Shown here one piece after another: positions 1-9,122 of a stretch of DNA of 64,000 bases. How positions within the stretch are numbered: the stretch's first letter is position 1; each line of letters starts with the position of its first letter. A model generated the notes under the pieces. The model ran no database searches. It saw only the letters and a list, made by a program, of their open reading frames with translations, and was not told the origin of the DNA. Location: NCBI GenBank assembly GCA_001775995.1, contig MEZH01000007.1, positions 110,971 to 174,970 of the forward strand, written 5' to 3'. The DNA is from Candidatus Bathyarchaeota archaeon RBG_16_48_13. GTDB lineage: Archaea > Thermoproteota > Bathyarchaeia > RBG-16-48-13. A program made the translations under genes and the position numbers.

Positions 1-282
1 CCCGTGAAAAGATCGTCCACCGCTGATTTCATCTAGAGTGGCTGTTGCTGCCGCCGCTACAGCAGGATGAGTAGTATAAGGGTTGATCACGGAAGGACCC
101 AGCTGGACCTTCTTTGTGCGAGAAGCAATAATGGCCAGAGTTTGATAGACATCTCGATAAAGGGCTTCTTGGCCCATCCAAATACTATCCAAACCATTAT
201 GTTCAGCTAGCATTGCAATCTTTGCTATATCTGCAATACTCATGTCATGGGAATAGAGATCGAAACCCAGCCCAATCTTCAA
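1..282 (-). CDS. LLM-class (luciferase-like/Mer family) oxidoreductase, N-terminal part; runs off the window edge
   Basis: Not in ORF track. Hand translation from TTG at 282: MKIGLGFDLYSHDMSIADIAKIAMLAEHNGLDSIWMGQEALYRDVYQTLAIIASRTKKVQLGPSVINPYTTHPAVAAAATATLDEISGGR, matching Mer/LLM family motifs; GAGG SD just upstream. Confidence 0.85.
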   Translation of the reverse strand, partial: MKIGLGFDLYSHDMSIADIAKIAMLAEHNGLDSIWMGQEALYRDVYQTLAIIASRTKKVQLGPSVINPYTTHPAVAAAATATLDEISGGRSFHG

Positions 283-451
283 ACCGACAGCCTCATCACT
301 CAGAAGGCGATTGTGAGCGCTCTTAACTTTTTTCCATGATTGCCAAGAACCGATGTAAAACGACGTGCATCGGCTGTATCTGAAGTGAGTAACTTTATTA
401 TTCTTTAGAATCCATTTTTCTCTCATTCAAGAAGCCCCACAGGGATTAACA

Positions 452-1828
452 ATGAACAGGACACACGTGGTTTCTGAGCTGAAAGGAATCGTGGGAGAAA
501 GTTATGTCTCTGATGATCCCGTAGACCTTCTGGGGTACACCCGGGACTTCGGCGGTGAGCCTGCTCATTGGGCCGAAATAGTCGTTGGACCTAGCTCAAC
601 GGAGGAGATTTCAGAGGTAATGAAGTTAGCCAACCGGGAGAGGGTTCGGGTTACGGTTCGTGGAGGTGGCTCCAGCACGTCAGGCGGTTGTTTAGCCACG
701 TTAGGAGGAATAATACTAGAGACCTTGCGTATGAACAAAATAACAGAGATCGACGAGGATTGCATGACTGTCTCCGTTGAAGCCGGAGTGACTTTCGGGA
801 AGCTGGAGAGTGAGCTTGCCAAGAAGGGGTGGATGATCGGAGTCGTGCCTGAAGGTGGCCTCCCTGGAACCGTCGCGGCAAACATATCAATACCGGGAAT
901 GGGGTTCTTCTCGTCGGCATATGGTTGCCAAGGCGATCAAGTGGTAGGACTGAAAGTGGTACTCCCGTCAGGCGAAGTTTTGCATACAGGGTCTCAGGGT
1001 TATCCCAATGCAAAAAAGCAATTCTGGAGATATGTCTTCGGCCCAGATTTGTCAGGGCTCTTCATAGGATCTGAAGGAACCTTGGGGATCATTGCCGAGG
1101 CAACGCTAAAGATTTACAGAAGACCCGCTGTGATGGGCTTCGAAAAACTCAGTTTTGATGATCTGGACAATGCGGCAAGAGCATCCCATGAGATAACACA
1201 AAAGAAACTTGCGATATACAATCTGATAACCCACGAATCATTTTACAGAGCAGTAGATCCTTACGCCAAGGCTCTTCCGAAAGCCACCATAGACGTGTTT
1301 ATTGCGGGCACCAACTCAGAGGTCGAAGAACGCAGGAAATCAGTTCACGAAATCGCGGAGAAACATCGCGGCATTCTGTTGGGAGGTGAGGATTCGCGGA
1401 AGTATTGGGAGAACCATTTCATCCAGGCAGGAGCTACGTACAAAAATGGCGTGGGACCAATGGTAACCTATATGATACCTTATTCAAGATTTCAGGAATT
1501 CACAGATGTAATGTGGAAGGTAATGCAGAGACATAAGATAAAGAAGTGCTGGATTGGCGCCTTCGACATGGGTAACTGTCTGGAACACTATAATGCAGCT
1601 TTCTATCACGAATATGACCAAGAGGAATACAAGAAAGTCAGAGACGCGGCTGGCGAAATGATGGAGACTGCCTTGAAGATGGGGGGGACACCCTACAGGA
1701 TAGGGTTACAGTGGGCCCCCTATGTGGCTAGAGTCCTGAAGGACACTGAATTCTTCAAGACGACCAAATCCCTGAAGAGACTTTTCGACCCGAATAACAT
1801 TTTGAATAATGGAGTTCTGGGGATATAG
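452..1828 (+). CDS. FAD-binding oxidoreductase (GlcD/D-2-hydroxyacid dehydrogenase-like)
   Basis: RGGGSSTSGG FAD loop, VEAGVT, GSEGTLGII, terminal FDPNNILNNG. Confidence 0.9.
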   Translation: MNRTHVVSELKGIVGESYVSDDPVDLLGYTRDFGGEPAHWAEIVVGPSSTEEISEVMKLANRERVRVTVRGGGSSTSGGCLATLGGIILETLRMNKITEIDEDCMTVSVEAGVTFGKLESELAKKGWMIGVVPEGGLPGTVAANISIPGMGFFSSAYGCQGDQVVGLKVVLPSGEVLHTGSQGYPNAKKQFWRYVFGPDLSGLFIGSEGTLGIIAEATLKIYRRPAVMGFEKLSFDDLDNAARASHEITQKKLAIYNLITHESFYRAVDPYAKALPKATIDVFIAGTNSEVEERRKSVHEIAEKHRGILLGGEDSRKYWENHFIQAGATYKNGVGPMVTYMIPYSRFQEFTDVMWKVMQRHKIKKCWIGAFDMGNCLEHYNAAFYHEYDQEEYKKVRDAAGEMMETALKMGGTPYRIGLQWAPYVARVLKDTEFFKTTKSLKRLFDPNNILNNGVLGI

Positions 1829-1842
1829 GAGAAACCGCGAAT

Positions 1843-2967
1843 ATGTTGGAGAAGTATCATAAGGAACTCTATTCTTGTGTTAGATGCGGCATATGCAGAG
1901 ATTGGGGAGGCTGGAAGGAGGCGACTTTGATTTGCCCCTGGATAAACGTATCCTCAGGTTTTGAAGCAAACTATGCCCGCGGGAGATTGAGACTTGCGCA
2001 AGCTTTTTTGGAAAGATCTCTCCCGGTGACAGAGAGCTTTTTGGAGAAAACTTACCTCTGTAGCTTGTGCGGAAGTTGTGATTCTCATTGCCCCGTAGAG
2101 TTGCCAACGGTCAATATTTTTGAATCCTTCAGGAAAGATCTGGTGGATGCCGGATATCAGCTTGAGAGACATAAGGCTCTGGCTGCAAGATGGCGTGACA
2201 CAGGAAACCCGTACGGGAAGGAAAGAACATTCATTCCTCCGGAGACGAAAGCTGACATCTTGTATTTCGTGGGTTGCACTTCGGCCATTAGCGCCAACGA
2301 GATAGGTATCGCCACCTTGAACATTTTGAAGAGAGCCGGCATAAGGGTTGCAACACTGGGTAACAAAGAACCATGTTGTGGCTCCGTCTTCATTAGAACC
2401 GGTCAAGCGAAGCTGGCCAGACAAGTCGCTGAGAAGACTGTTGAAGCACTGGAATCGGCAAGACCCAAAATGGTTGTCACCGCATGTGCTGGATGCTACA
2501 GAACCATCAAAGAGGACTATCGCCAGCTAGGATTGGAATACGATTTTGAAGTGAGACATTCGACTCAATTTCTTCTGGATCTCATCAAACAGGGAAAACT
2601 AAAAATGAAGAAACTCGATCAACGAATGACCTATCATGACCCGTGTCACCTTGGAAGACACATGAAAGTATACGAAGAACCAAGAGAACTGCTAAATAGC
2701 ATTCCGGGAATACGATTTGTTGAGATGTTGCCCAACAGAGAAAATGCGATGTGCTGCGGAGCTGGGGGTGGGGCCAAGGTAGCCTTCCCTGAGCAAGTCC
2801 TGAACATCGCAATCAACAGGTTGGAACAGGCCAAGGAGACCGGTGCTCAAAGCCTGGTGTCAGCTTGCCCCTTCTGCTACATGACGCTCAAAGATGCTAC
2901 GCATAAGGCGAATTCGGCTATTCGGATATATGACTTGTCCCAAATAATTGAGAAAGCTTCGTCATGA
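1843..2967 (+). CDS. Fe-S/CCG-domain oxidoreductase (GlcF/HdrD-like)
   Basis: CVRCGIC and CSLCGSCDSHCP ferredoxin motifs; two CCG domains (CCGS..CAGC; HDPCHLGR..CCGAGGG..CPFC). Confidence 0.9.
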   Translation: MLEKYHKELYSCVRCGICRDWGGWKEATLICPWINVSSGFEANYARGRLRLAQAFLERSLPVTESFLEKTYLCSLCGSCDSHCPVELPTVNIFESFRKDLVDAGYQLERHKALAARWRDTGNPYGKERTFIPPETKADILYFVGCTSAISANEIGIATLNILKRAGIRVATLGNKEPCCGSVFIRTGQAKLARQVAEKTVEALESARPKMVVTACAGCYRTIKEDYRQLGLEYDFEVRHSTQFLLDLIKQGKLKMKKLDQRMTYHDPCHLGRHMKVYEEPRELLNSIPGIRFVEMLPNRENAMCCGAGGGAKVAFPEQVLNIAINRLEQAKETGAQSLVSACPFCYMTLKDATHKANSAIRIYDLSQIIEKASS

Positions 2968-3280
2968 CTTCGATAAAGTATGTCCATCACAATAGTGAGA
3001 CCATCAAAGGAAAATCGGCCCAGGATGAGATGATTGAGACAGGGGCGATACAGGTAGATATTCTGACCCGATGTCCAAATTGGAGTGCGTGAATTGATGT
3101 TTTTTCGCTAGGCTGAGGGTCTGAAGGATCGTTTCCATGCCAGTCATTCCGGACCAGACTGCGTCGCCTTTTAGGGATAACATAGAATCATTGATATGTC
3201 AATCAAGAGATCATCTCTAATCTTTTAATTATTCATTGGCACCAGGATGGTCGGTAAGCAAGAAGGGGGTGAAACTTGGG

Positions 3281-3910
3281 ATGACTAGCAGGGCCGCCAT
3301 AATCTTGGCGGGTGGGAAAGGCGTGCGCATAGGCAATACGGCAAAGGCATTTCTTCATCTGAATGAAAAGACTTTGATAGAGCTCATGTTGGAAACCATT
3401 CAACCCTTGGTCGATCGCGTAATTGTTGTGATCGGGAGAAATGATTCTATGGAGAAGTTCAGGGAGAAGATCCCCCTATCAATAGATATCTTAAGAGATC
3501 GAGGGAAAAGGGAGGGAACACTTGTAGGACTCTTGAACGGGTTGAATAGATCGGAGTCAGAATATTCCCTTGTGCTTCCCTGCGACTCACCCTTCATCAA
3601 CAAAGAAGTCCTTGAACTCCTCTTTACTGAGGCTTTGGAGGTGGATGCTGCGATTCCGCAGTGGACCAACGGCTTTATTGAGCCCCTTCATTCGGTGTAT
3701 AAGACTGATGAAGCCCGGCAAGGAGCAAGAAGAGCCCTCAAGAACGGAATCAAGGTCTCAGGGATGATAGAGAGGTTGAAGGTTGTCAGGTACGTCCCAA
3801 TAGAAGATATAAGGAAGATCGACAACGAGCTCTTGACATTCACTAACATAAATACATTAGGAGATCTGCGGAAGGCGTTACGTATTTACGCGAGGCTCTT
3901 AGCAAGGTGA
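3281..3910 (+). CDS. mobA: Molybdenum cofactor guanylyltransferase
   Basis: AIILAGGKGVRIG..KAFL, LPCDSPF, EPLHSVY, NINT; ATG 3281 follows a GGGGTGA SD. Confidence 0.85.
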   Translation: MTSRAAIILAGGKGVRIGNTAKAFLHLNEKTLIELMLETIQPLVDRVIVVIGRNDSMEKFREKIPLSIDILRDRGKREGTLVGLLNGLNRSESEYSLVLPCDSPFINKEVLELLFTEALEVDAAIPQWTNGFIEPLHSVYKTDEARQGARRALKNGIKVSGMIERLKVVRYVPIEDIRKIDNELLTFTNINTLGDLRKALRIYARLLAR

Positions 3911-4058
3911 AGAGAGGTCAGATCGATAAGGAAGGGCTTCGCAAAGTCCTTTGATTAGTAACGATCTTCAGGTTTGTGCATGTTTGATTCCCTCAGTGAG
4001 CGTGCCTTTTGAACAAAGATAAGTTTAACTCAACCCCTCGAATAACCTTGAGAAAGGA

Positions 4059-4823
4059 ATGTCACGCATGGAAAGTTGGGTGAACATATTTGGGGATAAG
4101 CCCAGCCTAATGGAGTCGAAGGCTGTTGTAGGGTCACCAGGCCTGAGATCCATAGGAAAGCTAGCGATAGAGTTCATGATAAACCAGCTCAAGCCCAGAT
4201 TGACAGGGGAGTTGCTTTCTCGCTACTTCCCAACTGCCTATCCATTTTCGGCTTCTTATGTTTCCTCGCCCATGTATTTGGGAGAGAGCGGGGTCTTCGT
4301 AGAAGGAACCACAAAAGTTCCTAGAATAGAGTTCTATGTTGAAGAAGAACTGGGGTTAGTATTGGTAAAGGGTTATCAGGCTGACTTCAACGGTCAATAT
4401 GAAGTTGCCAGAGAGGCAGTGAACTTTCTAAAAGAACTCGGCGTAAAGGAGATAATATCCCTAGCTGGTCATGGTCAAGGCGGAAAGGGTGTGCATTGCG
4501 CAGCTACCTCCATGGATAGAGTGAACGCGTTGAAAAGCCAAGGACTGGATACGGGTTACGTGGGACCATTCCTAGGGTTCTCTGGTCTGGTCATAGGCAT
4601 TGGAAAGACTGAAGGAATTGATGGGATATGCCTCTTTGGAAAAACCGAGCCGATCCAAGAAGAACCGGAATTTCCAGATCTACTTGCGGCGAAAACCGTC
4701 TTGGACGCTCTGAAGGTAATACTTAACCTAAACATTGATACTTCTAGCTTGGAGAAGGCAAAATCAGAGGATATTTCGAGAAGCGTAAATTTTGGAGAAC
4801 AGAATGACCGGAGGACTGTATGA
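4059..4823 (+). CDS. PAC2 family proteasome assembly chaperone-like protein (paralog 1)
   Basis: GSPGLRSIGKLA, GFSGLVIG, GICLFGKT, PDLLAAKTVL. Confidence 0.8.
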   Translation: MSRMESWVNIFGDKPSLMESKAVVGSPGLRSIGKLAIEFMINQLKPRLTGELLSRYFPTAYPFSASYVSSPMYLGESGVFVEGTTKVPRIEFYVEEELGLVLVKGYQADFNGQYEVAREAVNFLKELGVKEIISLAGHGQGGKGVHCAATSMDRVNALKSQGLDTGYVGPFLGFSGLVIGIGKTEGIDGICLFGKTEPIQEEPEFPDLLAAKTVLDALKVILNLNIDTSSLEKAKSEDISRSVNFGEQNDRRTV

Positions 4824-5593
4824 TGAAAACAGAGATTAGAATCTTAAAGAGACCCACTCTGAAGGAACCAAGACTTGTGGGTGGCTTGCCAGGAAGCGGA
4901 TACGTAGCTAAACTGGTAGTAGACCACTTGGTGAAAGAGACTAATGCCGAGCTTTTTGCGGAGATTTACTCATATTCTTTTCCACCCCAAGTCATGGTCA
5001 AGGAAGACGGTACTATAGAGCTTATGAAGAACGAACTCTATTTTGCCAAGAACCGGGGGAACGGTGACTTAATCATACTCAACGGAAACGCCCAAGCTGT
5101 TTCCCCGGAGGGTCAATATGAGTTATCCGACAAGGCTTTGGACTTTGTGAAAGAGCTCGGCGTCAAAACCGTGTATATGACAGCTGCTTACATCACAGGG
5201 GAACACGTTAAGAAACCCAAGATCTATGGGACTGCTACTGACCTAGCATCACTGAGAGAGATAGAGAAATTCGGCGTTACCATTATGAAAGAAGGGAGCA
5301 TCACGGGGTCAAATGGCCTGTTATTCGGTCTCGCAAAGCAAAAAGACATGACTGGAATCTGTCTCTTGGGTGAAACCTCCGGCTATATAGTCGATGCAAG
5401 AGCCGCTCAGGTTGTCTTGGAAGTTTTGGCGAAAATGTTGGATTTCAAAGTGGATATGACAAATCTTGAGAATAAAGCCAAGGAGACCGAGAAACTTCTC
5501 AAGAAGGTCGAAGAGATGGAACGACGTGCAATGGAGCAACAGTCTGGATTCAAAGCGCCTCCTATCAAGAAACCCCTTGAGTATATCAGTTAG
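4820..5593 (+). CDS. PAC2 family proteasome assembly chaperone-like protein (paralog 2)
   Basis: GGLPGSGYVAKLVVDHL, GSITGSNGLL, CLLGETSGYIVDARAA; ATGA overlap with paralog 1. Confidence 0.9.
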   Translation: MMKTEIRILKRPTLKEPRLVGGLPGSGYVAKLVVDHLVKETNAELFAEIYSYSFPPQVMVKEDGTIELMKNELYFAKNRGNGDLIILNGNAQAVSPEGQYELSDKALDFVKELGVKTVYMTAAYITGEHVKKPKIYGTATDLASLREIEKFGVTIMKEGSITGSNGLLFGLAKQKDMTGICLLGETSGYIVDARAAQVVLEVLAKMLDFKVDMTNLENKAKETEKLLKKVEEMERRAMEQQSGFKAPPIKKPLEYIS

Positions 5594-5601
5594 AAGAATG
5601 A

Positions 5602-6255
5602 TTAGGCCCTACTTTTCTTTTGCATCAACTCGGCTGCGAGTCTTTGAGCGACCAAGGCATCTGGCGCATATCCGTCTGCGCCGTACTCTGAAGCTATCTC
5701 TTGGTTTAGAGGGGCACCACCAATAATTATTTTTGCCTTGCATCCGGCTTCTCTGAGCCCGGATATTATAGTTTTCATGTTCTCCATAGTTGCAGTCATT
5801 AGAGATGATAGAGCTACAATGTCTGGCTTGTCCCGTTTGACGGATTCAAGAAATCCTTGCAGCCCCACGTCGGTGCCAAGGTCTATGACATTGAATCCCA
5901 CCGATTCTAACATAGTTGCCACAATATTCTTGCCGATATCATGAATGTCTCCCACCACAGTGCCTATTGTTATCACCCCTGAGATTCCGGCGTTCTTCTT
6001 GACTAGTGGTTTCAGAATCTTCATGCTTTCGTGCATTGCTTCTGCTGACATGAGGACCTCCGGGAGATAGTATTCTTTGTTCTTGAAGAGATTTCCAACC
6101 TCTTTCATCCCTTTCATCAAGCCTGCCTGCATCAATTCGTAGGCATCAATGTTTATGGCGATGGCTTCTTGCGAGATCTTAACGGCTTTCTCAGCGTTTC
6201 CTTCTATCACAGATTTTGATAATTCATCAATTAGGGCTTCTTTGATTCTTGTCAA
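5602..6255 (-). CDS. Corrinoid (B12-binding) methyltransferase protein, MtaC/MttC-like
   Basis: Cap domain followed by GDIHDIGKNIV (DxHxxG), LSSLMT and IIGGAP. Confidence 0.92.
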   Translation of the reverse strand: MTRIKEALIDELSKSVIEGNAEKAVKISQEAIAINIDAYELMQAGLMKGMKEVGNLFKNKEYYLPEVLMSAEAMHESMKILKPLVKKNAGISGVITIGTVVGDIHDIGKNIVATMLESVGFNVIDLGTDVGLQGFLESVKRDKPDIVALSSLMTATMENMKTIISGLREAGCKAKIIIGGAPLNQEIASEYGADGYAPDALVAQRLAAELMQKKSRA

Positions 6256-6416
6256 TATGAAACAACCACTAGGGGAGATTTCGATTCTTTCTAGAAGATA
6301 GTTTCGGAAGTTTTATTTTAATCCTCTTCGAGCTGATTTAAATCGTAGCAAATCGTCTCTCTAAGTAATTTCAGGAAAGCCCTAAACATGCTGAACTCTC
6401 AAACTGGTAAGGAGAT

Positions 6417-7445
6417 TTGTTGAAACTGACCAACACGAGTAGGGAGAAAGTCGTTGCGGCATTGCGAAATGAGAAGGGAGAAATTCCTGTGGTACCGTTA
6501 TCGACGGCGCATTCGGCGACATTGCTTAACATAAAGATACCGGCATTGAGAAGAGACACCAAATTGAATGTCGAGTCCCAAGCCAAAGCATGGGAGAGAT
6601 ATGGATACGATGGGATATTTGCCTACTCAGATCTATCGATGTTCTGGGAGAGCATGGGAGGAAGAGTAAAGATCAGCGAGGACGGCTTACCCAGCCAAGA
6701 AAACATGCTTTCTAGGTTGGAAGATGCAGACACCTTGATCTTTCCTGACGTAAAAGAGGAGGGAAATTTGAAGGCAGCTCTAGAAGCCTTGAAGGAACTC
6801 GACAAAAGATTCGGCCGAGAAGTTGCCATCCTGATTGGCACGGTTGGTCCCTTTACATTGGCTGGGGCTCTAAGGGGGATAGACTTCTTTATGATGGACG
6901 TTGTAAAGAAGCCGATTCTAGCCGAGAACCTCCTGAAAAGATGTAGAGATTTCTTGATCGGTTACATGGAAGAGGTAAAGAGAAGTGGAGCACTGATAGT
7001 GCTAATCTCAGATCCCATGGCCTCCTTGATCTCTCCTAGTATGTTCGACAGATTCGCTTTGCCTTATGAGAGAGATGTATTTGAGAAGATAAGAATGCAA
7101 GGAATGTACTCAATATTGCATATTTGCGGCGATGCCACCGCAATATTGCCAAAAATGAAGAAGAGTGGCACAGATTGTCTTTGGCTCGACCAGAAAATAG
7201 ACTTGGGAAACGCACGGAAAATTGTTGGCCAGATATGTCTTATGGGAAACGTGGATCCGGTGTCCACCTTACTACTAGGCACTCCACGAGACGTGAAAAG
7301 AGAAGCTGCTAGATGTATAGAAGGTGCGTCAAATGATTGTGGATTTATTCTTAGTGCGGGATGCGAAATTCCTATGAAGACTCCCCCAGAAAATCTGGCG
7401 GCACTCGTGGAAACAGCTAGAGGTTACACATTGAGGCGGCGATAA
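6417..7445 (+). CDS. Uroporphyrinogen decarboxylase superfamily methyltransferase (MtaA/CmuA-like MT2)
   Basis: GPFTLA, Zn ligands HICG and GCEI, MGNVDP; divergent from the corrinoid gene. Confidence 0.85.
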   Translation: MLKLTNTSREKVVAALRNEKGEIPVVPLSTAHSATLLNIKIPALRRDTKLNVESQAKAWERYGYDGIFAYSDLSMFWESMGGRVKISEDGLPSQENMLSRLEDADTLIFPDVKEEGNLKAALEALKELDKRFGREVAILIGTVGPFTLAGALRGIDFFMMDVVKKPILAENLLKRCRDFLIGYMEEVKRSGALIVLISDPMASLISPSMFDRFALPYERDVFEKIRMQGMYSILHICGDATAILPKMKKSGTDCLWLDQKIDLGNARKIVGQICLMGNVDPVSTLLLGTPRDVKREAARCIEGASNDCGFILSAGCEIPMKTPPENLAALVETARGYTLRRR

Positions 7446-7724
7446 GCTCGGGCGTATGGAAATAGCAGGTTCTTCCAAGTATTGCGTTAGGGTCTGGATT
7501 CAAGACAATGATAAGCGCCCTTACTTTAATGCCAGACTTAAATAACGCCAATAATTCGGATGGCAAAGGGACTACGCTCTGCATTCTGGGGCGATCGAAA
7601 GGTACATAATGATGCCCGAGCCAGACACGTAAGCGCTCTCTAGAAAAGAAGACTAAGAAGAAAAAACAGTGACCATACCTTTTTCGAAATCGAGGAGCCT
7701 TTGAATTCTCTCTTCTCTATTATT

Positions 7725-8237
7725 TCAGACTAGGGAAAAGGCTTTCTCAACTGCGTCTTGCGGGCTATCAGCGCCATGAATTCTGACTCGTTCTCTGTCG
7801 TCAAGATATGTATCTGCAATCTTGTCGGCGGTCCCTCCACTTCCCCTCAAGGCAACTATGGGTTTCGCATCGAAGTAGGCGACACACACTTCGATCATGG
7901 TTCCCACCCCGCCCCCCACAACGATCACCGCATCCGCTGAGTGTGCAGTAATGAAGTCTCGGGTGAAGCCAATCCCTGTCGGAATGACTATGTCGCAGAA
8001 TTCGTTGGCTTGAACCATATCGTCTTGCGGTATTATGCAGACTGTCTGCCCTTTTCCTTCTTTGGCACCCTTGCAAGATGCCTCCATGACCCCACTCAAA
8101 CCGCCTGACACGAGGACAGCACCATGCTCTGCAACCTCCTTGCCAATCTCAAAAGCCAATCTGCTGACATCCTCTGTACAGTGCTCGCCGCTGTACCCCA
8201 CCACTAGTATTTGATTTCTTCTCTTCAAAGCAATCAA
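7725..8237 (-). CDS. TIGR00725 / LOG-family nucleotide-binding protein
   Basis: VSGGLSGVMEASCKGA, GGGVGTMIE, GSGGTAD. Confidence 0.85.
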   Translation of the reverse strand: MIALKRRNQILVVGYSGEHCTEDVSRLAFEIGKEVAEHGAVLVSGGLSGVMEASCKGAKEGKGQTVCIIPQDDMVQANEFCDIVIPTGIGFTRDFITAHSADAVIVVGGGVGTMIEVCVAYFDAKPIVALRGSGGTADKIADTYLDDRERVRIHGADSPQDAVEKAFSLV

Positions 8238-8318
8238 CCAGACTTCGGAACAAACAGTATCCTAAGGGCCCAAAATGCCAGTCGGAGATTTTCAGATGAG
8301 AAGATGCCAACGCAGTTC

Positions 8319-9020
8319 CTATTTCCAGCCCATGTATTTTGTGAGTCTCTTGTTGCCTAAGACATTCTGCTTCATCGCTCTTATTGCACCTTCGATCATG
8401 CTGCCGGGCATCCCCAATAAGATTTCTTCTGGCTTTACCGGAAAGAACTTTCTTGATCCGCCGCATCCAAGACTTAGCACAACTCTATTCTGGTTCGCAA
8501 CGGCAGGGACGATTGCGCATCCTGGCTGATTGGTCAGAATGGGTGTGTCCCCCCCACTCTCATAGGCGATGGAATCCGTCAGGGTCTGAGCTTGCTCGGG
8601 TTTGCATGTGATCAAAATCATATCAGGATATTTCTCGGCTGACTCGAGGGTCTGATAGACCACAAATTTTGCACTTTTTTTCTCCAAAGAGGGAACTCGC
8701 GAGAGGAAATTTTCAAAGGCTTGAGGGGTCATTATTTGGAATTTTGCCATTCCTGTCGCTTCTCTCTTCTTTTGATCTCGGAGCTCTTGTGTTAACTCGT
8801 TTCCCATAGCATACATGCCCATCCAACACAGGGAGTGGTCTTCTGGAGGCGCACAGATGGGCCCATCTCTAGCTTTCCCCCACAGGGCACAAGCTTCGAC
8901 GGGCTTTTCAGATCGCTTAGTACCTTTGGGGCATTTGTCGACAAATGTAATGGCTATGGGTGAACTGGTCAATCCCAAGAGACGAATGATTTCTTTTGAT
9001 GCTTTTTGAAGTGAGTTCAA
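8319..9020 (-). CDS. DUF169 family protein
   Basis: SPIAITF start, Cys pattern (EAC, SLC, PGCA, SLGCGGSR), EILLGMP. Confidence 0.75.
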   Translation of the reverse strand: MNSLQKASKEIIRLLGLTSSPIAITFVDKCPKGTKRSEKPVEACALWGKARDGPICAPPEDHSLCWMGMYAMGNELTQELRDQKKREATGMAKFQIMTPQAFENFLSRVPSLEKKSAKFVVYQTLESAEKYPDMILITCKPEQAQTLTDSIAYESGGDTPILTNQPGCAIVPAVANQNRVVLSLGCGGSRKFFPVKPEEILLGMPGSMIEGAIRAMKQNVLGNKRLTKYMGWK

Positions 9021-9122
9021 CAGAGTATCCTCATCATAGTAGGGTCAAGTGTTTTCAGATAAATGCTTTGTTAAGAGGACACCGGACCGAATGTTGTAGA
9101 TCAATAGAGAATGGATTAGCCT

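Noticed and set aside
3023-3124. Possible C/D-box sRNA (GATGA-like and CTGA elements)
   Set aside because: No exact RTGATGA C box or convincing C'/D' spacing.
7560-7643. 27-codon ORF MAKGLRSAFWGDRKVHNDARARHVSAL after a TTAAATAA
   Set aside because: No SD, the TATA is too close for a leaderless start, and there is no distinctive composition.
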